Source: an uncultured Butyricicoccus sp. (lineage in GTDB: Bacteria; Bacillota; Clostridia; Oscillospirales; Butyricicoccaceae). From it: a stretch of 64,000 nucleotides of DNA. The notes under the pieces were generated by a model that saw nothing but the letters and a program-made list of their open reading frames with translations, searched no databases and was not told where the DNA came from. Position 1 is the first letter of the stretch. Each line of letters opens with the position of its first letter. Both the position numbers and the translations under genes were made by a program. The DNA is taken from contig CALWMO010000001.1 of assembly GCA_944381965.1 (NCBI GenBank), forward strand, positions 5,442-69,441, written 5' to 3'. Of this stretch, positions 39,611 to 50,381 are shown one piece after another.

Positions 39611-42151
39611 ATGAGTGAAGTATATGAAAATCAAAAAATAGTACCGGTAGACTTATATCAGGAAATGAAAAGCTCTTATATTGACTATGCAATGAGCGTT
39701 ATTGTCGGAAGAGCACTTCCTGATGTTCGTGATGGTCTAAAACCAGTACATAGACGTATTTTATATGCGATGTATGAGGACGGCTTAACATCAGATAAGC
39801 CATACAGAAAATCTGCTACAACCGTTGGTAATGTGCTTGGTAGATATCACCCACATGGTGACGCATCTGTTTATGATGCTATGGTTCGTATGGCACAGAG
39901 TTTCTCTCTGCGTTATCCGCTTATCGACGGTCATGGTAACTTTGGTTCGGTTGACGGTGACCCAGCTGCGGCTTATCGTTACACTGAGGCTCGTATGGCT
40001 AAAGTTGCAAACTATATGCTGTCAGATATCAAGAAAAATACAGTAAACTTCCAGCCAAACTTTGACGAGGAAAGAAAAGAACCTGTGGTTTTACCATCTC
40101 GTTTTCCTTGTCTTTTAGTAAACGGCTCTTCTGGTATAGCGGTAGGTATGGCAACTAACATTCCACCTCATAACTTAACCGAAGTTATAGACGGTGTTTG
40201 TTATGTTATTGATAACCCAGATGCAGGTCTTGACGAGATTACAGCAATTATTAAAGGTCCAGATTTTCCAACAGGCGGCATAATTATGGGCAGAGCTGGT
40301 ATGAGAGCGGCTTATGCAACTGGTAAGGGCAAAATTAAAGTTAGAGCTAAATGCACCATTGAGGAAATGGACAAGGGTAAAAGTCAAATCATTGTAACCG
40401 AAATTCCTTACATGGTGAATAAAGCTAGACTTGTTGAATCAATAGCAAATTTAGTAAAGGATAAGCGTATAGACGGTATTTCTGCTCTTAGAGATGAATC
40501 ATCTCGTGAGGGTATGCGTATTGTTATTGAAATTAAGCGTGATGCTAATGCACAGGTTGTATTAAATCAGCTTTATAACTATACACAAATGCAAGATACT
40601 TGTTCTATGATTTTACTTGCACTTGTGCCATCTGCTTCAAATCCGGATAAGGTGCAGCCAAAGGTATTGACACTTCGTGAAATCATAGATTATTATATTT
40701 CTTTCCAAAAGAGTGTAATCGAGCGTAGAACTCGTTTTGACCTTGCAAAAGCACAGGCTAGAGCTCATATTTTAGAGGGCTTGAAAGTTGCAACAGATAG
40801 CGATAATATTGACCGCATTATTGCGATTATAAGAGCGTCTAAAAATGAGGCAGAGGCAAAGGAAAATCTGTGTAAAGAGCCATTCTTTATTGACCAGATT
40901 GCACTTTTAGGAATTGTTGACGGTTCAGAGCATTTTGAATTTCATCTTGATGATGCTCAGGCTCAGGCTATTGTTGATATGCGTTTAGGTCGACTGTCAG
41001 GTCTGGAGCAGCAAAAAATTAATGATGAATATTCTGAGCTTGAAAATAAAATTGCAGGCTTTAATGAAATCCTTTCAAGTGACCACAATATTCTTGAGGT
41101 TGTTAAAAAGGAAATGCAAGAAATTAAAAATGCATATGGTGACGAGCGTAAAACAGAGATTGCAAATGTTGCAGATGAAATTGATATTGAGGACTTAATT
41201 GAGGAAGAGGACTGCACTTATACTCTAACTCATTTCGGATATATCAAGCGTATACCAACATCTGCATATAAGGCACAAAACAGAGGCGGTCGTGGCGTAA
41301 ATGCAATGAAGACCCGTGAAGAGGACTTCACAAGAGGTTTATTTACTGCATCTACACATGATAATCTGCTGTTTTTCACAAATGAGGGCAGAGTTTATAA
41401 GTTAAAGGGTTATCAAATTCCAGAGGCGGGCAGAAATGCTAAAGGCACAAATATAATAAATCTGCTTGAATTACAAGAGGGCGAAAAAGTAACTGCTATG
41501 TTCCCAATTCGTGAATTTACAGATGATAAATACATGGTATTTGTAACTAGAATGGGTACAATTAAGCGTGTAGTATTAAGCGACCTTCAAAATATTCGTA
41601 AAGCGGGACTTCGTGCATTAAACCTCAATGACGGTGATATTCTTGTAGATGTTCGTTTAACCGATGGCACAGAAAATATTCTTATTGCAACTCATAATGG
41701 TAAGGCGATTACATTCCCAGAAACAGAGGTTCGTGCAATGGGCAGAACGGCTGTTGGTGTGAGAGGTATTCGTTTAGCTGATGGCGATTATGTTGTTGGT
41801 GCTGCAAGAGCAAGAAAGGGTGCAAAGGTGCTTTCAATCACCGAGAATGGTTTCGGCAAACGCACACCAGTACAAGAATTTACCGTACATCATAGAGGTG
41901 GTAGCGGTATAACTCTCCATAATTTAACCGATAAAACCGGATTTATTGCAGGTATTGCCGTTGTAGATGAAGATAATGATATTATGATTATCACTGATGA
42001 TGGTGTTATTATTCGTACACCGGTAGACCAAATTCGTGATTGCGGAAGAAATAGTCAAGGTGTTATTGTTATGAGAATGAACGATGATGTCAAGGTTATT
42101 TCTATTGTCAGAACCGACCATGAAGAACAAGAAGAAGAACTAAGCGAGTAA
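39611..42151 (+). CDS. gyrA: DNA gyrase subunit A
   Basis: [28 protein letters not shown], GyrA box QNRGGRG. Confidence 0.98.
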   Translation: MSEVYENQKIVPVDLYQEMKSSYIDYAMSVIVGRALPDVRDGLKPVHRRILYAMYEDGLTSDKPYRKSATTVGNVLGRYHPHGDASVYDAMVRMAQSFSLRYPLIDGHGNFGSVDGDPAAAYRYTEARMAKVANYMLSDIKKNTVNFQPNFDEERKEPVVLPSRFPCLLVNGSSGIAVGMATNIPPHNLTEVIDGVCYVIDNPDAGLDEITAIIKGPDFPTGGIIMGRAGMRAAYATGKGKIKVRAKCTIEEMDKGKSQIIVTEIPYMVNKARLVESIANLVKDKRIDGISALRDESSREGMRIVIEIKRDANAQVVLNQLYNYTQMQDTCSMILLALVPSASNPDKVQPKVLTLREIIDYYISFQKSVIERRTRFDLAKAQARAHILEGLKVATDSDNIDRIIAIIRASKNEAEAKENLCKEPFFIDQIALLGIVDGSEHFEFHLDDAQAQAIVDMRLGRLSGLEQQKINDEYSELENKIAGFNEILSSDHNILEVVKKEMQEIKNAYGDERKTEIANVADEIDIEDLIEEEDCTYTLTHFGYIKRIPTSAYKAQNRGGRGVNAMKTREEDFTRGLFTASTHDNLLFFTNEGRVYKLKGYQIPEAGRNAKGTNIINLLELQEGEKVTAMFPIREFTDDKYMVFVTRMGTIKRVVLSDLQNIRKAGLRALNLNDGDILVDVRLTDGTENILIATHNGKAITFPETEVRAMGRTAVGVRGIRLADGDYVVGAARARKGAKVLSITENGFGKRTPVQEFTVHHRGGSGITLHNLTDKTGFIAGIAVVDEDNDIMIITDDGVIIRTPVDQIRDCGRNSQGVIVMRMNDDVKVISIVRTDHEEQEEELSE

Positions 42152-42155
42152 AATA

Positions 42156-42190
42156 AAAAACGTCTAGGGATAAAATCCTTAGACGTTTTT
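42156..42190. terminator. Bidirectional terminator
   Basis: AAAAACGTCTAGGGA / TCCTTAGACGTTTTT. Confidence 0.8.
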
Positions 42191-42937
42191 ATTTTTTTGT
42201 TTTTGTATGTGATATGTTATTCTAGGCATTAAAAATTCTGGTGCTAAATGTCTTGAAGCAAGAGTTAACTTCATAGCTAAGCCAGGAACAATAACACATT
42301 TGCCTTTAAACATTTTATCTAATCCATACTGAGCTACAAATGAGCTTTTAAGACCACCTATTGAGAATTTAACATCAGCTACATTGTTAAATTCGGTTTC
42401 AACTGGCCCAGGGCATAAAGCACAAACTTTAACATTTATTTTATCTCGTCTTAACTCCTCGTTTATCGCCTGTGTTAGCCTTAAAACATAGTTTTTTGTT
42501 GCATAGTATGTTGACATTAAAGGCCCTGCCATAAAACCAGCAGAAGATGCAACATTTAATATATATCCATCATTTTGCTTTTTAAAATCCTTTAAAAATA
42601 GCTTTGTCAGCACATGAACAGCTGTTATATTGGTTTGAATCATAGATAGTTCACGCTCTAAATCGGTATCGGAAAACTTGCCAAACAAACCAAAACCGGC
42701 ATTGTTTATTAAAATTTGCACATCTTTTCCTTTGGCTTTTTCATATACCATTTTACACTGATTTATATCTGATAAATCAGCGGATATAATTTGACATGAA
42801 ACAGGCAGATTTTTCGCTAAATCATTTAACTTGTCGGTTCTTCGGGCTACAAGTGTCAAATCATAGCCTTTTCTAGCTAAAATATATGCCATATCTTTGC
42901 CTATTCCAGATGATGCACCTGTAATTATTGCACGCAT
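42179..42937 (-). CDS. Short-chain dehydrogenase/reductase
   Basis: TGASSGIG, NNAG, YYATK; start ATG 42937. Confidence 0.92.
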   Translation of the reverse strand: MRAIITGASSGIGKDMAYILARKGYDLTLVARRTDKLNDLAKNLPVSCQIISADLSDINQCKMVYEKAKGKDVQILINNAGFGLFGKFSDTDLERELSMIQTNITAVHVLTKLFLKDFKKQNDGYILNVASSAGFMAGPLMSTYYATKNYVLRLTQAINEELRRDKINVKVCALCPGPVETEFNNVADVKFSIGGLKSSFVAQYGLDKMFKGKCVIVPGLAMKLTLASRHLAPEFLMPRITYHIQKQKNKNV

Positions 42938-43056
42938 ATTAAAAACCCTTTCTAATGTTTCCAAAATTTAACCATTTAATATTTGACATTTATATGAATA
43001 TATTTTACCATTAAAATATATTTTAAAACAAGATTTTTTAGGGGGGGAGAGGTCTC

Positions 43057-45234
43057 ATGCTAAAAAAACGTTTTATTTCTGTGTTATGTGCAGTTTCTAT
43101 GTTTACAGGCTCAGCTTATGCGGCAAATATTGCTGATTTTCCAGATGCAAATGGTCACTGGGCATATGATGCACTTTCAAATGCAGTAGATGATGGTTAT
43201 TTAAATGGCTCAGATGGAAAGTTAAATCCAAATTCTAGCCTGACAACCGCACAAATGGCTGTAATATTAAATCGTGTTTTACATACAAGCGATGCATCAA
43301 GAGTATATCCTAATATTTCACAAGCTGAATGGTATTCTAATGATGCTAATATGGCAGTATCTGCAGGATTTTTACCTGTTGATGGTTCTCTTAATATAAA
43401 TAATAATGTGACTCGTGGCGAAGTTTTTAAAGCACTTGTTAATGCTTTTGGTTTGGCTGAGGCAGACCCATCAACTGAATCAGTTAAAAAGTTTAATGAC
43501 TGGGATAAGATGACACTTGACCAAAGACGAGCAGCAGCGGTTTTAATTGATAAGGGGATTTTAAATGGTTCGGATAATGGGGGATTAAATCCGAATAACA
43601 GTATCTCTCGTGCAGAGTTTATGACTCTTTTGTATCGTATTTTAGATGGTGGTTTGATAGATATTCATGCATCATGGAATAATGAGCAAACTCAAGAAAC
43701 AACCGATACGCCTGAAACTTCACAAGAGCAAACTGAACAAACAACTGATACACCTGCAAGCACAGAGGAAAATCAGGATACACAGGAAGAAACAACAGAG
43801 CAACCAATAATACAAGAGCCAGAGAAACCAGCACAGCAGATAGCACCAGTTTTAATGTTTGTTGATGGCGATATCTCAGCTTTAAGTAAAGACAACACTT
43901 ATAATACAGTGGTTTTAAGTGGAAAAGTGCCAGAAATTACTCAGTCTTATTGGGATAAAATTGAGATGGCACGTTTAGTAATCAATACAACCGGTTCAGA
44001 TGTAATGCTAGATAATAATATCGCTTTAAAAGCTGAAACTATCGTAATCGGCAGTGGTAATGGTGCAGTTACATTAGATGGTCAGATTACTAAAAAAGTT
44101 GAAATTACAGGTTCTGGTCGCACAATTAACTTAAATGGTGTAAAGCTTGATAGTCTTGTCATTTCTGGCACAAATAATACTATTGTAATTGACTCAGCAA
44201 GTTCTATTGAAAATATGACAGTTCAGGTTTGTGCTACAAATAACATTATAACTGTTGATGGCAGTATAACAAATGCAAATATAAACGCAAATTACACCAA
44301 AGTAAATGGCAATGGCAAAATAATAAACACTGTTTTGAAGGGTTCAAAGTGTGAAATTGCTGAAATTTCAGAAAACTTCGATGATAGTGGCGTTGATAAT
44401 GGTCTTGATGGTGTGCAGATTTCACTTAATACCCCTAAAGTGCCAGCGGGAGGTCAGCTAGTAGCAACCGTAACACTGACTGGTGTTGATAAACCTAAAA
44501 CAGTTTCTGCACAGTGGTATTATGAAGGCTCAGCAGATGCCGCATTTGCAAATTCTGCAATGCAGCTTACAGAAGGTAAAACTTCTACATACAGAAAAAG
44601 TATAACTTTTGAAAAGTATATGAAACTCTGGCAAAATGTAAAGTTTGTTATTACATATAAAAACACTGTAACAGAGCAAATTGAAACACTTGCAATCACA
44701 GGTGATGTGGAAATTGAAAATTATCCTGCAAGTCATTATCTGCCAGATGCAAGCGAGGTTTTAGCAAAAGTACACCCTTATTATTATTCTTCAAATACAG
44801 ATTACACCCAAGATGAAAAGACTGTATTTGTAAATGCAAAGGGATATTCTAGCAAGACACAATATTTAATTTGGGTTAGCCGTTCTGCACAGATGGTAAA
44901 TGTTTTTGAAGGTTCACAGTGGAATTGGAAACTTATCCATGAGTTTCAATGTGCAACAGGTAAGGCAAGTTCTCCAACACCTATTGGTATTACCGAAGTA
45001 ACATATAAACAAACAGGTTGGTATACAAGTTCTTATACTTGCAGACCAGTAGTTCGTTTTTATCCAGGAACAGGCTATGCATTCCATTCTCGTTTATATT
45101 ACCCAGGAACTAACAAATTAAAAGACCCATCTATTGGTTTCCCAGTATCTGCTGGTTGTGTTCGTATGTTAGATGAAGGTATTTATTGGCTTTATAACAA
45201 TATCCCAAGCGGTACAACAGTAGTTATCTACTAA
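43057..45234 (+). CDS. Secreted SLH-domain protein with C-terminal L,D-transpeptidase (YkuD) domain
   Basis: Signal peptide, three SLH-like repeats (FPD..HWA; TRGE; SRAE), catalytic H..SAGCVR. Confidence 0.85.
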   Translation: MLKKRFISVLCAVSMFTGSAYAANIADFPDANGHWAYDALSNAVDDGYLNGSDGKLNPNSSLTTAQMAVILNRVLHTSDASRVYPNISQAEWYSNDANMAVSAGFLPVDGSLNINNNVTRGEVFKALVNAFGLAEADPSTESVKKFNDWDKMTLDQRRAAAVLIDKGILNGSDNGGLNPNNSISRAEFMTLLYRILDGGLIDIHASWNNEQTQETTDTPETSQEQTEQTTDTPASTEENQDTQEETTEQPIIQEPEKPAQQIAPVLMFVDGDISALSKDNTYNTVVLSGKVPEITQSYWDKIEMARLVINTTGSDVMLDNNIALKAETIVIGSGNGAVTLDGQITKKVEITGSGRTINLNGVKLDSLVISGTNNTIVIDSASSIENMTVQVCATNNIITVDGSITNANINANYTKVNGNGKIINTVLKGSKCEIAEISENFDDSGVDNGLDGVQISLNTPKVPAGGQLVATVTLTGVDKPKTVSAQWYYEGSADAAFANSAMQLTEGKTSTYRKSITFEKYMKLWQNVKFVITYKNTVTEQIETLAITGDVEIENYPASHYLPDASEVLAKVHPYYYSSNTDYTQDEKTVFVNAKGYSSKTQYLIWVSRSAQMVNVFEGSQWNWKLIHEFQCATGKASSPTPIGITEVTYKQTGWYTSSYTCRPVVRFYPGTGYAFHSRLYYPGTNKLKDPSIGFPVSAGCVRMLDEGIYWLYNNIPSGTTVVIY

Positions 45235-45240
45235 TATAAA

Positions 45241-45268
45241 ATAAAGGCGAGCAAAAGCTCGCCTTTAT
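45241..45268. terminator. Bidirectional terminator
   Basis: ATAAAGGCGAGC-AAAA-GCTCGCCTTTAT. Confidence 0.85.
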
Positions 45269-45705
45269 TATTTTAACTTTTTCCATTCATTAACCGCAAG
45301 TTCATCACATCTATTGTTATATGGGTTATCTGCATGACCTTTTACCCAGTGAAAAGTCACATTATGAGTTTCAAGTAAATTTAATAATCTTTCCCAAAGC
45401 TCTATATTTTTAGCGGGGGATTTATCCGCCTTTTTCCAGCCACGAGCCTTCCAACCCATTGCCCAGCCTTTTGTAATGGAATCTATAACATATTTTGAGT
45501 CAGAATATAAATCAACCTCGCAAGGCTCTTTTAAAAGCTCAAGGGCAGAAATAACAGCTAAAAGCTCCATTTTATTATTGGTTGTGAGCTTATCACCGCC
45601 AGAGATTTCTTTTTCATGTCCATTACATTGAAGTATAGCACCCCAGCCGCCAGCTCCAGGGTTGCCAGAACATGCACCGTCAGTATATATAGTGACTTTT
45701 TTCAT
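45268..45705 (-). CDS. rnhA: Ribonuclease HI
   Basis: [33 protein letters not shown]. Confidence 0.95.
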   Translation of the reverse strand: MKKVTIYTDGACSGNPGAGGWGAILQCNGHEKEISGGDKLTTNNKMELLAVISALELLKEPCEVDLYSDSKYVIDSITKGWAMGWKARGWKKADKSPAKNIELWERLLNLLETHNVTFHWVKGHADNPYNNRCDELAVNEWKKLK

Positions 45706-46037
45706 TCCCAAGTCTCCCATATTTCAGGTTTATATCCAACAGTAGCCTGTTTACCGTTTCTCACAATAGGGGTGAGCAGTAGCTTTGGGTCATCAAGCAA
45801 ATGCTCAAATTTATCCTGCTCGCTTGCTAAATATTTAAGCATAGCGGCATTTTTGGCTTTTGAGTCTATCAGATTGTCAAGACCACCCACCGCACGAATA
45901 ACAGAGGTTAACTCACCATTTGACATACCGTATTTTACAAGGTCTACAGATTGGAACTTAATTCGACGTTCTTTGAAAAAGCGTTCAGCTTTTTTAGTAT
46001 CAAAACACTTGGATTTTCCAAAAATTTGAATATTCAT
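45702..46037 (-). CDS. ArsC/Spx-like family protein
   Basis: [29 protein letters not shown]; start ATG 46037 after AAGGAG. Confidence 0.85.
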   Translation of the reverse strand: MNIQIFGKSKCFDTKKAERFFKERRIKFQSVDLVKYGMSNGELTSVIRAVGGLDNLIDSKAKNAAMLKYLASEQDKFEHLLDDPKLLLTPIVRNGKQATVGYKPEIWETWE

Positions 46038-46112
46038 ATAAAACTCCTTTAAATATAGTCGAAATATATAATTAAAAAAATAAAAATAATGAAAAAATTG
46101 TTTAAAAAGCTC

Positions 46113-46141
46113 TTGCAAAACAGTTATAATTTTCATATAAT
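46113..46141 (+). promoter_or_regulatory. sigma-A promoter driving the intergenic sRNA
   Basis: TTGCAA-N17-TATAAT with no annotated plus-strand gene downstream. Confidence 0.75.
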
Positions 46142-46147
46142 ATCAGA

Positions 46148-46350
46148 GAAGTAAACTTAGTTTAACTGAGTTTTCGTCGCTTTATCAAATATACTGCCAA
46201 TCATGTTTGATAAGCAATTTGTGGTATTCAGACTACAAACATAAAAGCAGCAGATGAAATATTACAATCCCCCTTTTTACTACCCTTACTCCCCCAAATA
46301 TATATAAGCTGCTGCTAATAAAAAATCCGCCTTTTTGGGCGGATTTTTTT
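46148..46350 (+). ncRNA. Candidate ~200-nt small RNA with C-rich loop
   Basis: Promoter, four hairpins and terminator; G-U pairs on the plus strand. Confidence 0.7.
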
Positions 46351-46570
46351 ATGTTCTTGAGATTATACCAAGAATAATACATAAGGTAAGCGTTATTGCG
46401 GATAAAATTGCAAAAACATGGGCGAATTTGTCCATATTTTGCACATCATCTTGTGATGCCTTACCATTTTGCAACCTACCGCTTTTCATAGAGCTTCTAA
46501 GCTGAAAAAAAGCGGTAAGCACTGCAAAAAGTGCAAATAATATCAAAAATACACGTTGTAAACCAGCCAT
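46349..46570 (-). CDS. Small two-TM hypothetical protein downstream of secG
   Basis: Two hydrophobic helices; starts 1 nt after the secG stop. Confidence 0.65.
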   Translation of the reverse strand: MAGLQRVFLILFALFAVLTAFFQLRSSMKSGRLQNGKASQDDVQNMDKFAHVFAILSAITLTLCIILGIISRT

Positions 46571-46571
46571 A

Positions 46572-46808
46572 TTACAGCAGATTTAACGCAACAGCAACAA
46601 CAACAAATATAACAGCTACAACACCAGTGACACGGTTTAGAGTAGACTGCATGCCATGACCTTTTTTAGAGCCAAAGAATGTTTCAGCACCGCCAGAAAT
46701 AGTGCCAGAAAGACCTTGAGAAGTGCCTTCCTGCAGAAGAACGGTTACAATCAGAAACAGACAAGCCAGAACTTCGATTACGCTAAGAGCGATGTGAAGT
46801 GTATCCAT
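46572..46808 (-). CDS. secG: Preprotein translocase subunit SecG
   Basis: VLLQEG..QGLSG.I.GGAETFFG, LNRVT. Confidence 0.95.
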   Translation of the reverse strand: MDTLHIALSVIEVLACLFLIVTVLLQEGTSQGLSGTISGGAETFFGSKKGHGMQSTLNRVTGVVAVIFVVVAVALNLL

Positions 46809-46917
46809 GAACTTAAAACCTCCGCTTCATTAATAAATATAACAGATTTAGATGATAATATAAATTTCACATATACAATTTATACTATCATAAACATAAG
46901 GTAATTGCAAGGAGATT

Positions 46918-47439
46918 TTAAAGCTTAATATTTTTTAGCGTATTAAGTAAAATATCACCGTTTTTGCTTGTATAAATTTTTTGTTTTTCAAGGTCAATAG
47001 CAATCATTCGAGCATTTGACCAACCGTTTTCACCAGATTTATTATATTTTATATTATGGTCTAGGTTTTTAATGTTTTTTATAGCATCATCTGTAACGCT
47101 ACTGCAAACCAAAATAAGACTTGCAAGAGAAAACTCATGGTTTTCATCAACTGGAATTAACTTTTCTTGCTGTTTACAGATAAAATTCCACCATTTTTCA
47201 AGCTCATCAGTATTAAGGGTAGGGCATGCATAAACAAGTCTGAACTCATGGCAATGGGTACTTCTGCCAGTTGGCATTATACCAAGCCATTTTTTCTCTT
47301 GGTTAACAGTAAAGCTTGCACTGAGGGCAGCTATATTGCCATCATAATTCACCATGCGTTTTTTTTCAAATTCATTAGGAATAATTTGTTCTATTTGGTT
47401 TACAATATCTATAAAACGGTTTGGAAAATCAGAAATCAT
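46918..47439 (-). CDS. Hypothetical protein
   Basis: 173-aa ORF, GAGG RBS, same strand as neighbours. Confidence 0.65.
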   Translation of the reverse strand: MISDFPNRFIDIVNQIEQIIPNEFEKKRMVNYDGNIAALSASFTVNQEKKWLGIMPTGRSTHCHEFRLVYACPTLNTDELEKWWNFICKQQEKLIPVDENHEFSLASLILVCSSVTDDAIKNIKNLDHNIKYNKSGENGWSNARMIAIDLEKQKIYTSKNGDILLNTLKNIKL

Positions 47440-47457
47440 TAAAAAGACCTCATATTT

Positions 47458-48372
47458 TTATAAATTTTCTGGATAAATACCAGCATTAGTCATATCGCTT
47501 AAAGATTTCATAACAGATGGTTTATCTTCACGATATGTTACACCAAACCATTTGGAATCGGTTGTAAGAAGTTTATCAGTTGCTTTGCCCTCATGTATTA
47601 GAGTATCAACCGCATAAGGTAGATAAAATTCAGCTTTTTCTGGGTTTTTAGGAAGTGTATTCTGGAAGAAATCAAAGAGCATATGTTTTAGTTCTTTTGC
47701 AAAAGAAGGTGTAAAGCCCCACATATTCATAGAAACAGGAGTACCTTCTTCAATAATACCGCTTTCATCATCTTGAGAAAAACGAATTACACCGTCATCA
47801 TCTCTTTTGATAGCGGTTCTTTCAATAATAGAGGATAAAAAGCCGTTTTCATCTTTTGAACATACACCACGGGAAACAGTACCATTTTCGGTTAAAGTGT
47901 TTTCAACTTTATAACCTACCATGCAGTATCTATATTTATCGTCATCTTTAGCTGTGCTTAAAAACTCAGCCATACATTTAAAAGCATCAGCACCATAGAA
48001 ATCATCTGCATTTATAACAGCAAAAGGCACATTGAGAAGATTAGCTGCACAATAAACTGCATGACCTGTGCCGAGAGGTTTAACTCTGCCCTCAGGAGCT
48101 TTTAAACCGTCAGGTAAATTTTCTAGAGTTTGGAATGCATATTCTACGTCCATGTATTTTCTGGCTTTCTTGCCGATAGCATCTTCGAAAGCTTTTTCAA
48201 GCTCAGGTTTAATTATAAAAATAACCTTGGAAAATCCAGCTTTATAAGCATCATATACCGAATAATCTAGTATGATTTGACCATTAGGGCCGAGCGGGTC
48301 AATTTGTTTAAGACCACCATAACGAGAACCCATACCAGCAGCCATAACAACAAGAGCAGGTGTATTTTTCAT
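47458..48372 (-). CDS. Sugar-phosphate nucleotidyltransferase family protein
   Basis: MAAGMGSRYGGLKQ, GTGHA, INADDFYG, SMNMWG, EFYLP. Confidence 0.88.
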   Translation of the reverse strand: MKNTPALVVMAAGMGSRYGGLKQIDPLGPNGQIILDYSVYDAYKAGFSKVIFIIKPELEKAFEDAIGKKARKYMDVEYAFQTLENLPDGLKAPEGRVKPLGTGHAVYCAANLLNVPFAVINADDFYGADAFKCMAEFLSTAKDDDKYRYCMVGYKVENTLTENGTVSRGVCSKDENGFLSSIIERTAIKRDDDGVIRFSQDDESGIIEEGTPVSMNMWGFTPSFAKELKHMLFDFFQNTLPKNPEKAEFYLPYAVDTLIHEGKATDKLLTTDSKWFGVTYREDKPSVMKSLSDMTNAGIYPENL

Positions 48373-48745
48373 TGTAAAATCCCTCCATTTATGTAAACAA
48401 AGCATTTAACTTAACAGTCAAAATGTTATATTTAGTTATTATAAAATAAGACAAATATAGAAGTTTATAAGAAAAAAACAACATCTTTTAGAGGTATTAT
48501 AAACGATTTTTAAGCTTTTTACAAGTATATACTGTCAAAATGCAACAAATATCCTATGTTTGAAAGACGGTTTTGTACCAAAATAATGAAAATGTTGTTT
48601 ATGTTACTGAGTTTTAAACATGGTATTGTCAAACATATAACGATGATGTAAAATAAAAAACAGAATGGTATATTAGGTAGATGAGTAAAATAGTGCAAGA
48701 AATTGTACATATTTTATATGTGAAATGAAGTGAGGTAAAATACCA

Positions 48746-50209
48746 ATGAGAAGAACAAAAATTATTTGCACACTCGGCCCTGCAACAGATGTTGATGGCG
48801 TATTAAAGGACATGGTAATGGCTGGCATGAATGTTGCTCGCTTTAACTTTAGCCATGGCTCTCACGAGGAGCATAAGTCCCGTATGGATTTAGTAAAGTC
48901 TGTTCGTAAGGAACTTGGCATGCCAGTAGGTCTGATGCTTGATACTAAAGGCCCAGAAATTCGTACAAAAACATATAAAGATGGTAAAATCGAAATTGTT
49001 GAAGGTCAGAAGTTTACTCTGACAACTCGTGATATCGAAGGCGATAACACAATCGTTTCTATCAGCTACGAAGGTCTGCCAAATGATGTAAAGAAGGGCA
49101 CTACCATTTTAATTGATGATGGTCTGATTGCATTTGAGGTAGAAAGCGTAGAAGGCACAGAAATTAACTGTCGTGCACTTAACGGTGGCCCTCTATCTAA
49201 CCGTAAGTCTGTAAACGTTCCAGGCATTAAGCTTAACATGCCTTACATCTCAGAGAAGGACCGTGCAGATGTTATCTTCGGTTGCTCTCAGGGTATTGAT
49301 TTTATCGCCGCTTCTTTCTGCCGCAGTGCACAGGATATGCGTGACCTTAAAGCTATCCTAAAGGAGCAAGGCTGTGAAGATGTTGAAATTATCGCTAAGA
49401 TTGAAAATATGGAAGGCGTAAACAACATTGATGAGATTCTTGATGAAGTAAATGGTATCATGGTTGCTCGTGGTGACCTTGGCGTAGAAGTTCCATTTGA
49501 GGAGCTGCCAGCTATCCAGAAAAATCTTATTAAGAAGTGTATTTCTCGTGGTCGTCGTGTTGTAACTGCTACACAGATGCTTGAGAGCATGGCTAAGAAC
49601 CCTCGTCCAACTCGTGCAGAAGTTTCTGACGTTGCTAACGCTGTTTATGACGGAACAAGTGCTATCATGCTTTCTGGTGAAACCTCTGTTGGTAAGTATC
49701 CAGTAGAAACAGTTGCAGCTATGAGCAGCATTGCTGAAAGTGCTGAATCTAACATTCACTATGACCGCCGTCGTATCACTCGTCCAGAATTTATGGATAT
49801 GGAGCTTGGCGGTGACAAGACAACAAATGCTATTTCTCATGCTGTTTGTACAACTGCTGCTGACCTTGATGCAAAGTGCATTGTTGCATTTACTGAGTCT
49901 GGTTCTACTGCTCGTGCAGTGTCTTGCCGTCGTCCAGGTAAGATTATCGTTGGTGCTACTCCAAACGAAAAGACTTATAACCGTCTAACTATGTCTTGGG
50001 GCATTATTCCTTGCATGGTTAAGCGTCCAGAAAGCGGTTCTGCTCTGTATGTTCAGGCTCTAAACGCTGCTGTTAGAACTGCTGATGTTAAGGCTGATGA
50101 CACAATCATTATCACAGCTGGTATGCCTGTTGGTCATGTTAACTACACTAACACAATGCGTGCTATGAAGGTAACTGAGGAGTCTATCAACATGGCTATT
50201 GAGGAGTAA
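48746..50209 (+). CDS. pyk: Pyruvate kinase
   Basis: RTKIICTLGP, RFNFSHG, LDTKGPEIR, MVARGDLG, ATQMLESM. Confidence 0.98.
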   Translation: MRRTKIICTLGPATDVDGVLKDMVMAGMNVARFNFSHGSHEEHKSRMDLVKSVRKELGMPVGLMLDTKGPEIRTKTYKDGKIEIVEGQKFTLTTRDIEGDNTIVSISYEGLPNDVKKGTTILIDDGLIAFEVESVEGTEINCRALNGGPLSNRKSVNVPGIKLNMPYISEKDRADVIFGCSQGIDFIAASFCRSAQDMRDLKAILKEQGCEDVEIIAKIENMEGVNNIDEILDEVNGIMVARGDLGVEVPFEELPAIQKNLIKKCISRGRRVVTATQMLESMAKNPRPTRAEVSDVANAVYDGTSAIMLSGETSVGKYPVETVAAMSSIAESAESNIHYDRRRITRPEFMDMELGGDKTTNAISHAVCTTAADLDAKCIVAFTESGSTARAVSCRRPGKIIVGATPNEKTYNRLTMSWGIIPCMVKRPESGSALYVQALNAAVRTADVKADDTIIITAGMPVGHVNYTNTMRAMKVTEESINMAIEE

Positions 50210-50381
50210 TTTTTACTCTTAATTATAAATGATACAACTTCCGAACAAAAAATTCACAATTTGTTTTGAATTTTACAAAACCTTGTGATAAAATATGGTT
50301 GTAATATTAGGGTCGCACGAGTGATATTGTTACTTGTGCGACTTTGTATATTCTAGTAAATTTGTCAGTTTGGGAGGAAAT

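Noticed and set aside
46148-46350. 6S RNA, SRP RNA, tmRNA or T-box identity for the sRNA
   Set aside because: No long closing rod, no SRP helix-8 motif, no tRNA-like ends and no T-box sequence seen
48420-48740. cre- or Rex-like operators upstream of pyk
   Set aside because: Only degenerate matches in AT-rich DNA; cannot be supported
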